In this document: piece by piece, positions 25,773 through 36,745 of the stretch
Layout: each line of letters starts with the position of its first letter
How positions within the stretch are numbered: the stretch's first letter is position 1
Source: Candidatus Latescibacterota bacterium
GTDB lineage: Bacteria > Latescibacterota > UBA2968 > GCA-2709665
Assembly (NCBI GenBank): GCA_965205485.1
Contig: OZ242180.1
Span: 4,384,001 to 4,448,000, forward strand
DNA: 64,000 nt
Direction of reading: 5' to 3'
Made by a program: the position numbers and the translations under genes
Notes under the pieces: model-generated
Told to the model about the DNA's origin: nothing
What the model saw: the letters and a program-made list of their open reading frames with translations, nothing else
Database searches by the model: none

Positions 25773-28517
25773 TTACCCCGAACTGCCTGTGATCAGGATA
25801 CCGATGACGATGTTTGCACTGCCCCCCTTCCCGTCGGCGGCCCGCACGATCACGGTGTATCCGCGTTTCTGGTTGAAATCATACGCGCCTTTCGTCAACA
25901 ACTGCCCGGAACCGGGGTCGACGTCGAAGTGCTCCGCATCGGCGCCCCACACGCTGTACGTAAGCGTATCCCCGTCCTCGTCAGTCGCTGCGACCGGGTC
26001 CCCGACCGGCTGGCCCGGTGACGTGCCACCGGCAACGCCAAGTGTTGCGGGTTGCCCGGGCGCAAACGCGGGAATGCGGTTCACGCGTTCTCCGAAGCGC
26101 CCGGCGAATGCCACGAAATCGGCAAACGCGATCCGGTCGTCCCCGTCCAGGTCGTATCTGGACTCGTACCCCTCGTCGCCCTCCCGGTATCCGAACGCGC
26201 CGGAGAACACCACAAAGTCGGCGAAGTCCACCGTACCGCTTCCGTCGAAATCAGGCGATGGCGGCGCGGGCGCCTGCAGCAATACGCTCACCGTACGCGT
26301 CATCGTCTCCGGATGCTCCCCACGTACGAGGTCGGCTCCCGCCGTACGGACCTCCGTCTCCGTCAACCCTTCCGTCGTCCTGAACCGCACCGTGCCCAGC
26401 AGGCCGCTGTCGACTGCGGCCCCACCGCCCAGCGACGAAACGCCGATCTCCACGAACGTGGAGTCCTTCGCCACCAGCGCTGCCGCGCCCGGCAACGCAT
26501 CGCCCGCGTCGAAGGCCTCGAACACAACCTGCGTCGTGTCATAGTCCACCCTGAGATCGACACTGCGCGTTCCCCGGATATCCGCGCCGAACATCTGTAT
26601 CGACACGCCTCGACCGGGTACGACACGCATCGTCCAGAGGTACTGGTCGTTCTCCGACGCATCCAGGTCCAGCGAGAGGGAGAACAGGTCATACAGGACC
26701 AGGACCTCCGTCCGCACCAGCCCCAGGCTCAACCAGTCGCCGTCGCCGGCAGCGCTGTTCGACCGCACCTGCACCTCGTACTCCGTGTGGGGGTCCAGAC
26801 CCTCGATGATCGCGCTGGTGTCCGTCACGTCCTGGGGCCCGTCCTTCCATTCCCCCTCGCTGCCTTCACGATACCGCACGTCGTAGCCCGTAACGACCAG
26901 CCCGTCATCGGCTGCCGGTGCCGTCCAGCCGATGGTCACGCTGCCCGGTGACGTCTCCAATGCCTTGGGCTCCACCGGCGGAGGCGGCGGCGCTAGCGTA
27001 AACACCGGCTCCAGGGACGTCCACGCACTGTGCTCCGAGTTGCCGCTGGACCGCACCTGTACCTCGTATTCCGTATCCGGGTCCAGACCCACTATGGTTG
27101 TGCTGGTACCCCTCACGTCCTGAGGGCCGTCCGTCCATTCCTCCTCGCTGCCTTCGCGGTAACGCACGTCGTAGTTCCTGATCAGAGGACCGTCGCCGGT
27201 CGGCGCCTTCCACTGCAACGCCACGCTCGTTGTCGACGCACCCGTCACTGTGGGAGACACCGGGGGAAGGGGGGGTGTCGGGGGCGGCGGGGGCGGTGGC
27301 GGTGTCGGGGGCGGCGGTGGCGGTGGTGGCGGGGGCGGTGGTGGTGGTGGCGGGGGCGGCGGGGGCGGCTGAATCCTTCCGGTTGAAGGAAACGCTACGC
27401 TCGTGCGGGCTTCGGGAAACCCGGCGTCGTCCTGGAACGATGCCCTTACCTTGACTTTCTTCCCTTGGTCGGCGGAAGCGAGCGTGTACGTGTTCGACGT
27501 TGCTCCGATAATGTCGTTCTCAGTCGTGCCGTCGACCCGCATCCACTGGTAGCGCCACACCACGTTCCGCAGCCCGTCAGTATCCACGATGTCGCTCGTC
27601 GAGACCGTAAGCGTCTCGCCCACCCCCGCGGTACCCGAGATGGTCGGCTGCCCGGTGGCCGGAGTGTTGGTGGTGGTGGCCGTAACCGTCCCGTTGGACG
27701 GGTAAGCGTCGCTGGTGCTCATGCCGTCGAACCCCGCGTCGTCCTGGAACAACGCCGCCACCTTGACCTTTTTGCCCTGCTCGCTTGAGGTGAGCATGTA
27801 GGTGCTTAACGTCGCCCCCATTATGTCGGTCTCAGTCGTTCCGTCGACCCGCATCCACTGGTAGCGCCATACCACGTTCCGCAGGCCGTCCGTATCCACA
27901 ATGTCGCTTGTCGAGGCCGTCAGCGTCTCGCCCACCCGCGCAGTGCCCGAGATGGTCGGCACGCCGAACGAGGGGCTATTGGACTGTTCGACAATCCTGA
28001 GCGACACGCGGTCGCCGACCGCCCATGACAGGCCGCTTTTGTTCCAGCCTCTCCCTGAGGGCGTTTTTGAATCAGCGTACTTGAACTCTAAATACTTGGA
28101 AGCGAAATCCGTGTTATCGACAGAGAGGTAGAGCAGGCCGGCGGTGCTCGGCAGGTCGTCCACGAATTCGAGTTCCAGCCTGCCGGCGGAAGCCCCGCTC
28201 GTATGCACCAGGAGTTTCCTCACGGTGAGCGTGCTGGAAGCGAAGGTGAAGTCGTCGTCGGTCAGTACTGAACTCGTGCTGCAATTGGCACCATCTGCCG
28301 CATTATTGCACCCCCGTGCTCCCATCTCCAGCCGTTTGACCGTGAGCGTTGCCGACCAGCGGTCCACAACCGCTGCACCCGCCGCGGTTCCGGGGAGGGC
28401 CGCGAGGCCGGCGAGCACGAGGAGGAGTGGGGCAGCGACTCCGCCCGCCCGCGACACAACACTCGCGACAGACAGCGCCAAAACAGCAGGGATGATCCGT
28501 ACGCTTGTCAATGGCAT
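25773..28517 (-). CDS. Modular surface protein: 2 Ig-like repeats, poly-Pro linker, 2 FN3, cohesin-like, dockerin/EF-hand pair, cadherin-like
   Basis: PTISGTAxVGETLT x2; long Pro tract; YDVRYR...GLDPxTEYEVQVR x2; DFDGSGTVDFADF...YDLDGDDRIAFADF; PVAATDEDGDTLTYS...YTVIVRAADG. Confidence 0.88.
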   Translation of the reverse strand: MPLTSVRIIPAVLALSVASVVSRAGGVAAPLLLVLAGLAALPGTAAGAAVVDRWSATLTVKRLEMGARGCNNAADGANCSTSSVLTDDDFTFASSTLTVRKLLVHTSGASAGRLELEFVDDLPSTAGLLYLSVDNTDFASKYLEFKYADSKTPSGRGWNKSGLSWAVGDRVSLRIVEQSNSPSFGVPTISGTARVGETLTASTSDIVDTDGLRNVVWRYQWMRVDGTTETDIMGATLSTYMLTSSEQGKKVKVAALFQDDAGFDGMSTSDAYPSNGTVTATTTNTPATGQPTISGTAGVGETLTVSTSDIVDTDGLRNVVWRYQWMRVDGTTENDIIGATSNTYTLASADQGKKVKVRASFQDDAGFPEARTSVAFPSTGRIQPPPPPPPPPPPPPPPPPPPPPTPPPPPPPPTPPLPPVSPTVTGASTTSVALQWKAPTGDGPLIRNYDVRYREGSEEEWTDGPQDVRGTSTTIVGLDPDTEYEVQVRSSGNSEHSAWTSLEPVFTLAPPPPPVEPKALETSPGSVTIGWTAPAADDGLVVTGYDVRYREGSEGEWKDGPQDVTDTSAIIEGLDPHTEYEVQVRSNSAAGDGDWLSLGLVRTEVLVLYDLFSLSLDLDASENDQYLWTMRVVPGRGVSIQMFGADIRGTRSVDLRVDYDTTQVVFEAFDAGDALPGAAALVAKDSTFVEIGVSSLGGGAAVDSGLLGTVRFRTTEGLTETEVRTAGADLVRGEHPETMTRTVSVLLQAPAPPSPDFDGSGTVDFADFVVFSGAFGYREGDEGYESRYDLDGDDRIAFADFVAFAGRFGERVNRIPAFAPGQPATLGVAGGTSPGQPVGDPVAATDEDGDTLTYSVWGADAEHFDVDPGSGQLLTKGAYDFNQKRGYTVIVRAADGKGGSANIVIGILITGSSG

Positions 28518-31500
28518 GTCATTTACGTGATATGTGGCTTCCGGGAGGTTGAAGTTGTCCCGCTTTCGCGGACAGACGGGGTCAGAAGGTCCAGGCGGCC
28601 TGGAGGCGGAGGGCCTGGTTGACCGGCTGTCGGCCTGTGGGCGCCTGGCGCCGGCCTTCGAAATTCAGGGTCAGGCCCGCGGCCCGACGGACGTCCACTC
28701 GTAGCCGCGTCCCGGCCCGATAGGCACGGGTCCGGCCTTCCGCCAGAACGGCGCCCGCATACGGTGTCAGGATGCCCGTGCCGAACGGCGCGGGCATCCC
28801 GTAGCCCACGTCCGTAGTCAGTCGGCCAGCCTTGCCCCGTGTCTTCTGCGGCGCCAGGCCCTGCGTGGTCTGCCGCGACCACAGGCCGTCGATGCCGCTG
28901 CGGGCCGCACCCCAGGTCGGCGCCAGGGTCAGCGCCGGGCCCTTGCCGTTGGCCCCCGGGGCCAGGCGTACCATCCCGCTCGCCCCCCATTCCTGATAGT
29001 CCTCATCTTCGTGGGCCAGGAGGCCGCGCACAGCGCCCTCGAGGGTCAAGCCCAGGGTCGGGATTGCGTATTGCACCCGGCCCCCCACTTCCAGGCCGAA
29101 GCCCGTCTCGGCGTCGCCAGAATCATGCCGCAGGCCCAGTTCCACCGTCGGCGTCAGGCGGCGCCCACCGGCCCACGTCACCCTCCGGCTCCCTTCCAGG
29201 ACCAGCCGCACACGGTGCGCGTCGGCATCCGTCTCAGCCAGCCCGGCGACCGCGTCCGTACTCGTGCGCGTCAACAGGGCATCCGAGCGCGTGGCCAGTT
29301 GAAAGTCTCCGGTATCCCGGGCGGCCAGCAGAATGCCCCGGCCCCCGAACGCACCCATGACGAAATCCGTGTCCGCCTCCAGGGTCCCTTCGGGCACGTC
29401 CCACTTTGAATCACCCCGACCGTAGCCCACCATGCTCCAGACGTCCAGCCGCTCGGTGACGGCGTAGCGCAGGTAGGGATGCAGACTGGTCAGGACGGTT
29501 TCGAGGTCGCCCGTCCCACGCTTCCCGGTCCCAGTCATGTTGTACCCCCCGTCACCCCGGCTGTGGGCTGCCGCCACACCGACTTGCAGCCGATCCCATT
29601 CGCCGTCAACGCCCACGGTGCCCGTAAACACGTCCCCGTCGATCGCCAGGCCGCCGTCCTGGCCGTCGAACGCGGTGCCTGCGAACCGGCTCCAGGCCGT
29701 CAGGAGCGGCATCGCGGTGCCGGCCCCGGTCCCGTTCAGGTTGAGCCGGAAAGAACTGCCCAGCAGGACCTGACGCAGATTGAAGGTCGGGCCGAAATCC
29801 AGGATCCGGCTCAGCCCCGATCGGGTGTCCGGGCCGGGGCCGATGAGCCAGGGGGAATCCGTGGCGGCCGCGCCCGCGCCGGGCCCAATCCCCAGGACCC
29901 CGGCCACTTCGGCCAGGACCGCTAACGCCGTAGAGGATGAAGCGCCGGGGACCCCAACGGTCGAACCGGCCGGCTCTCCCTCACCCCGATCGCTCCCACC
30001 GGGGGCGAGGGCTCCTCGGCCATCCTCAGCCGCACCCGCGGCCCGCCGGCCCAGAGGCACCTGGTAGCCGCCTACCGTCAGGTGGGAGCCTCGTCCGGGC
30101 GCGCTCCACAGCCGCTCGCCCACCGCGTCCGCGACGTGCGTACCCACCGTCCGTCCAAACCGCGACAGCCACGCCCGCTGCAGCGGATCGGAGTTTTTTA
30201 TCGTCCCTGTGGCCGTGGCATCGGCCAGGTACGCCCCCGACGGGTTCGAGAGCGTGAGCGTCATCGTCTCGCTCTCCTCGTCATGCGTATCGTCCAGCAC
30301 CGCCACCGACACCGTCTGTCCGGTCTCGCCCGCGGCGAAGGTGAGGGTCCCGCTCGCCGCGGTGTAGTCTATGCCCGCAATCGCCGTGCCGTCGCTCGTA
30401 GCCCAGGCCACGGTCACAGGCCCCGAGACCGACCGGTCGAGCGTCACCATAAACGCCAACGCCGCGTCGGGGCCTTCTTCCACCTCCGCGTCCGCCACCG
30501 ACAGACCCGGCGGGCCCCGGACCGTCACCTTCGGCGTGTTCGACAGCGCCCGGCCGTCCGGCGTGCAGATCGCCCCGGCGTCGGCGCAGCCGCCGGTCGT
30601 TGCCGGCAACGTCACCGTCACGTCAGCCGAACCCGACGGCTTAATGCGCACGATCCACCGGTCGTACTCCGCGGGGTCCGTCCGGCGACTGCCTCTGACT
30701 GTGCCGCCGGTCACCTGAAGGGCATCCCGGACCGCCCGGTTCTTGTTGAAGCCCTCGTTGCCGTCGAACACCTCCGCGCTGAAGGCGAGCTCGAGCGTGA
30801 ACCCGCTCGACCCGTCGTGCTCGGCGGGCGCGTTTTCGAACGCCGCGGTAAGCGGGGACGCGGACCCCTCCGTCGCGCTGGTATCGGACACGCTGATCGT
30901 CGGAGTGATCGTCGTGCTCGGGCACGTCTGCGCCGAGGTGCGCAGACAGACGGCGCCCGTACCGCCGTCGGGCAGGGTCGTCGCGAAGGTGGACGCGTTC
31001 AGCGACGCCGCGTTGGCATCCAGCCAGGTCTGGCCCCAGGTGAACCGATCGCCGTTACGCACGGCGGCGCTCAACGGGAGGGTCTCACCCGCCCACTCCA
31101 GGGTCAGGTCCGAGAGCGATTCCCCGCGGCTGCGGACCTGGAAGACCACGCCGTCGGCATACGCGACGACGATCTGCGCCTCGTAGGCACCCGACCTGTA
31201 CTGGAACCTGTATTCGGACACCCCACCCAGATCGGGACTGGCGATCCTCGAGTAGCCCCGATAGCCGTTCCGGGCGTCGACCGTCAACGTCGTCGACCAG
31301 GGTGGATCGGTGAAAGGCGCCGTTCCGGTAGAGTCGCTCACGTCTATGGTGAAAGTCCGGGAGTTGCCCGTACCGAAGCCTCCCGTGGAAGTCGCAGTGA
31401 TGGTCACCGTATACGAATCCCTGGTGGGGACCTCCTTCATCATGAGGTTGGAGCGATTCAGCTCGAAGGAATCGGAGTCGCCGCCCGTACCGATCCCGTA

Positions 31501-31624
31501 GACGGGGTTCTGCCCGTCAAGGAAGGCATTCTGCGCGGAAAGGCGTCCGACGGTTCCCAGCGTATCGCTATAGTCGATTGACGCGTCATCCAGCACGATG
31601 TACCAGCTTCCGAGGTTCTGCTCA

Positions 31625-32545
31625 AAGGCCGATGCGTCGTCGAACATGTTGTTCATGGAGGTGGCAGACGACACGTCCCAGGAGTCCAGGGGTTGGTTGA
31701 AGGAGGTGGCGTTATAGAACATGTCGAACATGTTGGTCACGGACGACACGTCCCAGGAGTTCAGGGGCTGGTTGAAGGAGGAGGCGCCGGCGAACATCCA
31801 CACCATGTCCTTCACAGACGACACGTCCCAGGAGTCCACGGCGCCATTGAAGGAGGAGGCGCCAGAGAACATGCTGGCCATGGAGGTCACAGACGAGGGG
31901 TTCCAGGAGTCGAGAGGCTGGTTGAAGGAAGACGCGTTGCGGAACATGTTGTTCATGTCGGTCACAGACGACACGTCCCAGGAGTCCAGTTCGCCGTTGA
32001 AGGAGGAGGCGTTGCGGAACATCCAGAACATTTTGGTCACAGACGACACGTCCCAGGTGTTCAGGGGCTGGTTGAAGGAGGAGGCGTCCTGGAACATGCG
32101 GTTCATGTCGGTCACAGACGACGTGTTCCATGAGTTCAAGGGCTGGTTGAAGGCGGTGGCGTGAGAGAACATGGCATGCATGTCGGTCACCGACGACACG
32201 TCCCAGGAGTCCAGGGGTTGGTTGAATGGGGTGAAGGCGAACATGCCGGTCATGTCGGTCACGGACGACACGTCCCAGGAGTCCAGCGGCTGGTTGAAGG
32301 AACGGGCGTGAGAGAACATGCCGTCCATGTCGGTCACGGACGACGTGTTCCAGGAGTTCAGGGGCTGGTTGAAGACGGGGTTTCTGAAGAACATGTTGTG
32401 CATGGAGGTCACAGACGACACGTCCCAGGAGTCCAGGGGCTGGTTGAAGGCAGAGGTGTCCCAGAACATTCCGTACATGTTGGTCACCGAGGAGACGTCC
32501 CAGGAGGAGATATCGCCGTTGAAGGAGGTGGCCATGTTGAACATG
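31625..32545 (-). repeat. 75-bp DUF285 tandem array 2 (~12 units)
   Basis: Recurring GACGACACGTCCCAGGAGTCCAG...GGTTGAAGG at a 75-bp period. Confidence 0.85.
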
Positions 32546-33199
32546 TAGCTGGCGTCGGTGACGCGCGAGAGGTCGGGGGCGTCCGTCGCATTGTATCCCA
32601 TGTTCGACGCGCCCTGGAACGCCTCGTGCATCGACGTCCACCGGGCCGTCCCCCACTGGTCGACGGAGACCAGCCTGTGCGCTACCGCGCGGTCGGCGAG
32701 GTGGAATCGGGTGATGCCGTCGGATATGCGCACCGTGTAGGTACCGGCGGAATCATACCGGTGGGACTTTCTTCCGCTAACGTTCTCTTCCACGGTCCCG
32801 TCGCCCCAGTCGATGGTGTACGTGCCGCTTGCCGGAATGGTGATGGACTGGCCGGGCGCGGTGGTCTTCCACGTGGTGACAAAGGCCGACCCGGACAAGT
32901 AGTTGGGCAGTCCCGATACGTCTATGGTAAACGTCCGGGAGTTGCCGGAGCCAAAGTCTCCCGTGGAGGTCGCCGTGATGGTCACCGTGTACGCGTCCCT
33001 GGTGGGGGTCTCCTTCAGCATGAGTTTGGTGCCGTTCAGCTCGAAGGAGCCGGAGTCGCCGCCCGGGCCTATCCCGTAGACGGGGTTCTGCCGGTCAAGG
33101 AAGGCGTTCTGCGCTGATATGCGCCCGACGGTTCCCGTTGTATCGCTATAGTCGATTGACGTGTCATCCAGCACGATGTGCCAGTTTCCCAGGTTCTGC

Positions 33200-34200
33200 T
33201 CGAAGGCGGATGCGTCTTCGAACATGTAGCTCATGCTGGTCACGGACGACACGTCCCAGGAGTCCAGGGGCTGGTTGAAGGCGGTGGCGCCGTAGAACAT
33301 GTCCACCATGCTGGTCACAGACGAGACGTCCCAGGAGTCCAGGGGCTGGTTGAAGGCGGTGGCGCCGGCGAATATGCTGTACATGTTGGTCACAGACGAG
33401 ACGTCCCAGGAGTCCAGGGGCTGGTTGAAGGAGGTGGCGCCGTAGAACATGCCGGCCATGGAGGTCACAGACGACACGTTCCAGTCGGAGACGTCGCCGT
33501 TGAAGGAGGTGGCGCCGTGGAACATGCTGCCCATGTCGGTCACAGACGACACGTCCCAGGAGTCCAGGGGCTGGTTGAAGGAGGTGGCGCCGCGGAACAT
33601 GTAGTTCATTGTTTTCACCGACGACACGTCCCAGGAGTCCAGCGGCTGGTTGAAGGAGCGGGCTTCCTCGAACATGCCGTGCATTGATTTCGGAGACGAC
33701 ACGTCCCAGGAGTCCAGGGGCTGGTTGAAGGAGCGGGCGTGGCGGAACATTTCATACATGTAGGTCACCGACGACACGTCCCAGGAGTCCAGCGGCTGGT
33801 TGAACGCGTAGGCGCGGTTGAACATGCCGTTCATTGTTTTCACCGACGACACGTCCCAGGAGTCCAGCGGCTGGTTGAAGGAGTGGGCGTTGGAGAACAT
33901 GGAGAACATTGGTCACAGACGACACGTCCCACGAGTTCAGGGGCTGGTTGAAGGCATGGCGGTGGAGAACATGCGCGCTATCCGGTCACCGACGACACGT
34001 CCCAGGAGTCCAGGGGTTGGTTGAAGGAGCGTGGCGCTGGAGAACATCAGCGCCATGCTGGTCACAGACGAGACGTCCCAGGAATTCAGGGGTTGGTTGA
34101 AGGCATCGGCTTTGTGGAACATGTGCGATTTCATGTTGGTCACAGACGAGACGTCCCAGGAGGACAGGTCGCCGTTGAAGGATGAGGCACCATAGAACAT
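33200..34200 (-). repeat. 75-bp DUF285 tandem array 1 (~13 units)
   Basis: Same unit; several 5' units carry small indels. Confidence 0.85.
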
Positions 34201-34814
34201 GTAGCTGGCGTCCGTGACGCGCGAGAGGTCGGGGGCGTCGGTGGCGTTGTATACCATGTTGGATGCGCCCTTGAACGCCTCATGCATCGACGTCCACTCG
34301 GCCGTCCCCCACTGGTCGATGGATACCAACCTGGGCGCGACTCCCCGGCCGTTGGCGAGGTGGAATCTGGTGATGCCGTCGGATATGCTCACCGTGTAGG
34401 TACCGGCGGAATCATACCTGTGGGTCTGCCTGCCCCTGACGTCCTCTTCCACGGTCCCGTCGCCCCAGTCGATGGTGTACGTGCCGCTTGCCGGAATGGT
34501 GATGGACTGGTTGTTCGCTGTCGTTCGCCACGTGGTGACAAACCAGCTGGATGGGATGGATTGGCCATGTGCTGCGTCAGGACTGACAGCAACGGCCACG
34601 CACATGGCCACCACCAATACAAATAGAATGTCGTGGAATCTGGTTCTACGCATATGAATCTCCTGCATATGGCTGATCGACATTGGGGGTCACGGGATCG
34701 TGGCTCAGGTCATCGGCCACGTCCGTCACGAGATCCCGCATGCATGTATCGTCTGCGACGATGCGTATACAGAGTGATCTTCCGGTTGAGACGGTCTCCG
34801 GTCTACCTTGCTCG

Positions 34815-34906
34815 CATATAATATGTAATTATCGTGATAATATCCATTATAAAGTAACGTTGAGGTGAATTTACAATTAACAATCATGATTTTATCGTGA
34901 TATTTT
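34815..34906. promoter_or_regulatory. AT-rich promoter region with shared phased motif (copy 3)
   Basis: ATTATC-GT-GATAAT 34828-34841; GTGAATT 34865; ATGATTTTATCGTGATATTT 34886-34905. Confidence 0.6.
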
Positions 34907-34987
34907 GCTCAGGCACAGGGATTCCCGGGGATACCGGTCTGGAGGCCCGCGGCCGTGGGTTGCCGTCTATCCCTGAACGGCTAACCT

Positions 34988-35030
34988 GACACAAAAAAAG
35001 CCCTGCTGACGTCGGTGTCGGCAGGGCCTT
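34988..35030. terminator. Bidirectional-type intrinsic terminator; 40-bp direct repeat copy 2
   Basis: A-tract, GCCCTGCTGAC...GTCGGCAGGGC hairpin, T-tract; downstream of the GGT-family gene. Confidence 0.75.
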
Positions 35031-35114
35031 TTCCTTTTCGTTTATCAGTACGACTTGCAACGGATGCGTGCGTTTATTGCTCGCTCTTTGCAAATTGAGG
35101 GGTTTTCTCTCTAA

Positions 35115-36744
35115 CTATCCCTCCAGCCCGGCCGCATGGCGGCCCGCGGCGGGATCCCCGGCGGCGTGGAACCGTCCGTTTTCCTGATCGATGAAGAGCA
35201 TGACCGGGGTCGCGATCGGACCGGCGATTGACGCCACGCGATGCCCGCGCGAGGCGAGTTCGGCACGTACGTCCCGGCTCACGCGGTCGCTAATGTTCAG
35301 CGAACCGACCTGTTTGAACGTCGCGGGACGTTCGGGATTGGGATCGAACGAGTCCTCGTGGTGGGCCGTGGCGAAGCGCGGCGCGGTGACGGCGTTATCA
35401 GGAAGCATGTCGAACTCGATGAAATCCAGGAGCAGGTTCAGCGTCGCCTGGTCCTGCAGGTCTCCGCCTGCGACGCTGATCGCCAGAATCGGCCTGCCGT
35501 CCTTCAGGACAAGCGTGGGCGTCAGCGTGATGCGCGGGCGTTTCCCCGGCTGGATGCAGTTGGGATGACCGGGGGTCGTATTCAGGCTTCGCAGGCGGTT
35601 TCCGTACGACACCCCCGTCCGACCGCCAAGTGGCGTTTCGCCCCGGTACACATTCGCACTCGGCGTTGCCGAAACGACGTTTCCCCAGCGGTCCGCGACC
35701 ACGCACGTCGTCGTACCGCCGATACCCGGTTCGAACACGCCGTTCGCCTCGAAGCGCCTTCATTCCGTAAGGATCGCCCGGACGGGCTTCAAGCGAGGCT
35801 TTCCCCATATCGATGAGCGGCCGGCGGATTTCGGTATATGCGTCCGACAGCAATTCCGACATCGGAACGTCCGCGAATTCCGGATCGGCATAGTACGCGT
35901 CTCTATCGGCCATGGCCAGCTTGAGCGCTTCCACGGCCACGTGCACGTAATCCGCGGAAAGGTGGCCCATGGATTTCAGGTCGTAGCCCTCCAGGAGCCG
36001 CAGGGCCTGGCAGAGGTACGGGCCCTGCGTCCACGGACCGCATTTATACACGTCGTATCCCCGGTAGTTGACCGCGACGGGATCTTCAATCAGCGTCCGG
36101 TGGGCCGCCAGGTCCGCCTTGCGAAGAAAGCCGCCCTTTTCAACGTAGTCCGCTTCCAGTTCGTCCGCGACGTCCTGGCTGGCCCCGTTTCGTCCGTAGA
36201 AACGGTCGCTCGCGGCCGCCACCTTCTCCTCGCGGCTTCCACGCGCCGCCTGTTCGGCCTCAACCAGCCTGCGCAGCGTCACCGCGAGCCTGGGATGCCA
36301 GGATTCCTCTCCTTCATCCAGGATTGCCAGCGTGGGGGAAACGATTGCTTCGAACGACTGACTGCCGTACCGGATGAGCAGCGTCGTGCACAGATCCACG
36401 ACCGAAGGGACCGGGGCCATCTTCATGTCCCTGTCGGGAATGCCGTGTTCCATGTACCAGTCGATCGCTTCCCGCGAGAGCGGCGCCCGGCCCTGCCCGG
36501 AAAGCGTCTTCACTTCATTCCTGCCCGCATCGTAGAGGATCACCGGCACCTCGCCGCCGATCGAACAGGCGCCGTGGTCGGTCACGTTCAGCGCGAGGAT
36601 GGTCCCCGCCGCCGCATCGGCCGCGTTCCCGCACCGTTCCAGAATTTCGATCCCCGCGGCCACGGCGCCCGCGCCCCCCGCGGCAACCGCGCCCGTACTG
36701 CTGACGGCGTTCCAGCCTGTTTCGAAGTCACTGGTATGCGCCAT
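35115..36744 (-). pseudogene. Gamma-glutamyltransferase family protein, split by a one-base frameshift near 35750
   Basis: GNAADAA, SIGGE, GPWTQG and KLAMADRDAYY in ORF 35398..36744; GTTTCVVADRWGN...PGKRPRITLTP...GGDLQ in ORF 35115..35738. Removing one base from CTTCGAG joins the two. Confidence 0.88.
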
Positions 36745-36745
36745 T

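Larger units (their letters stand above)
28582..34653 (-). pseudogene. DUF285/BspA-like repeat autotransporter, interrupted by clustered indels at ~33910-34035 (likely one gene; possibly an assembly artefact)
   Basis: CAGGAG before ATG 34653 with signal peptide; ORFs 33937..34683 and 28582..33909 are in the same frame; 25-aa FNQPLDSWDVSSVTxMxxMF repeats; PKD-like IDWGDG; Calx-beta; barrel ending LQAAWTF. Confidence 0.88.

Noticed and set aside
31625..34200. CRISPR-like periodic repeats
   Set aside because: 75-bp in-frame coding units whose variable parts are single codons, not unique spacers; no cas genes.
31340..34542. Diversity-generating retroelement (TR/VR pair)
   Set aside because: No reverse transcriptase in the window, both copies are coding, and I could not see adenine-specific differences. 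A trans-acting DGR cannot be excluded without the genome.
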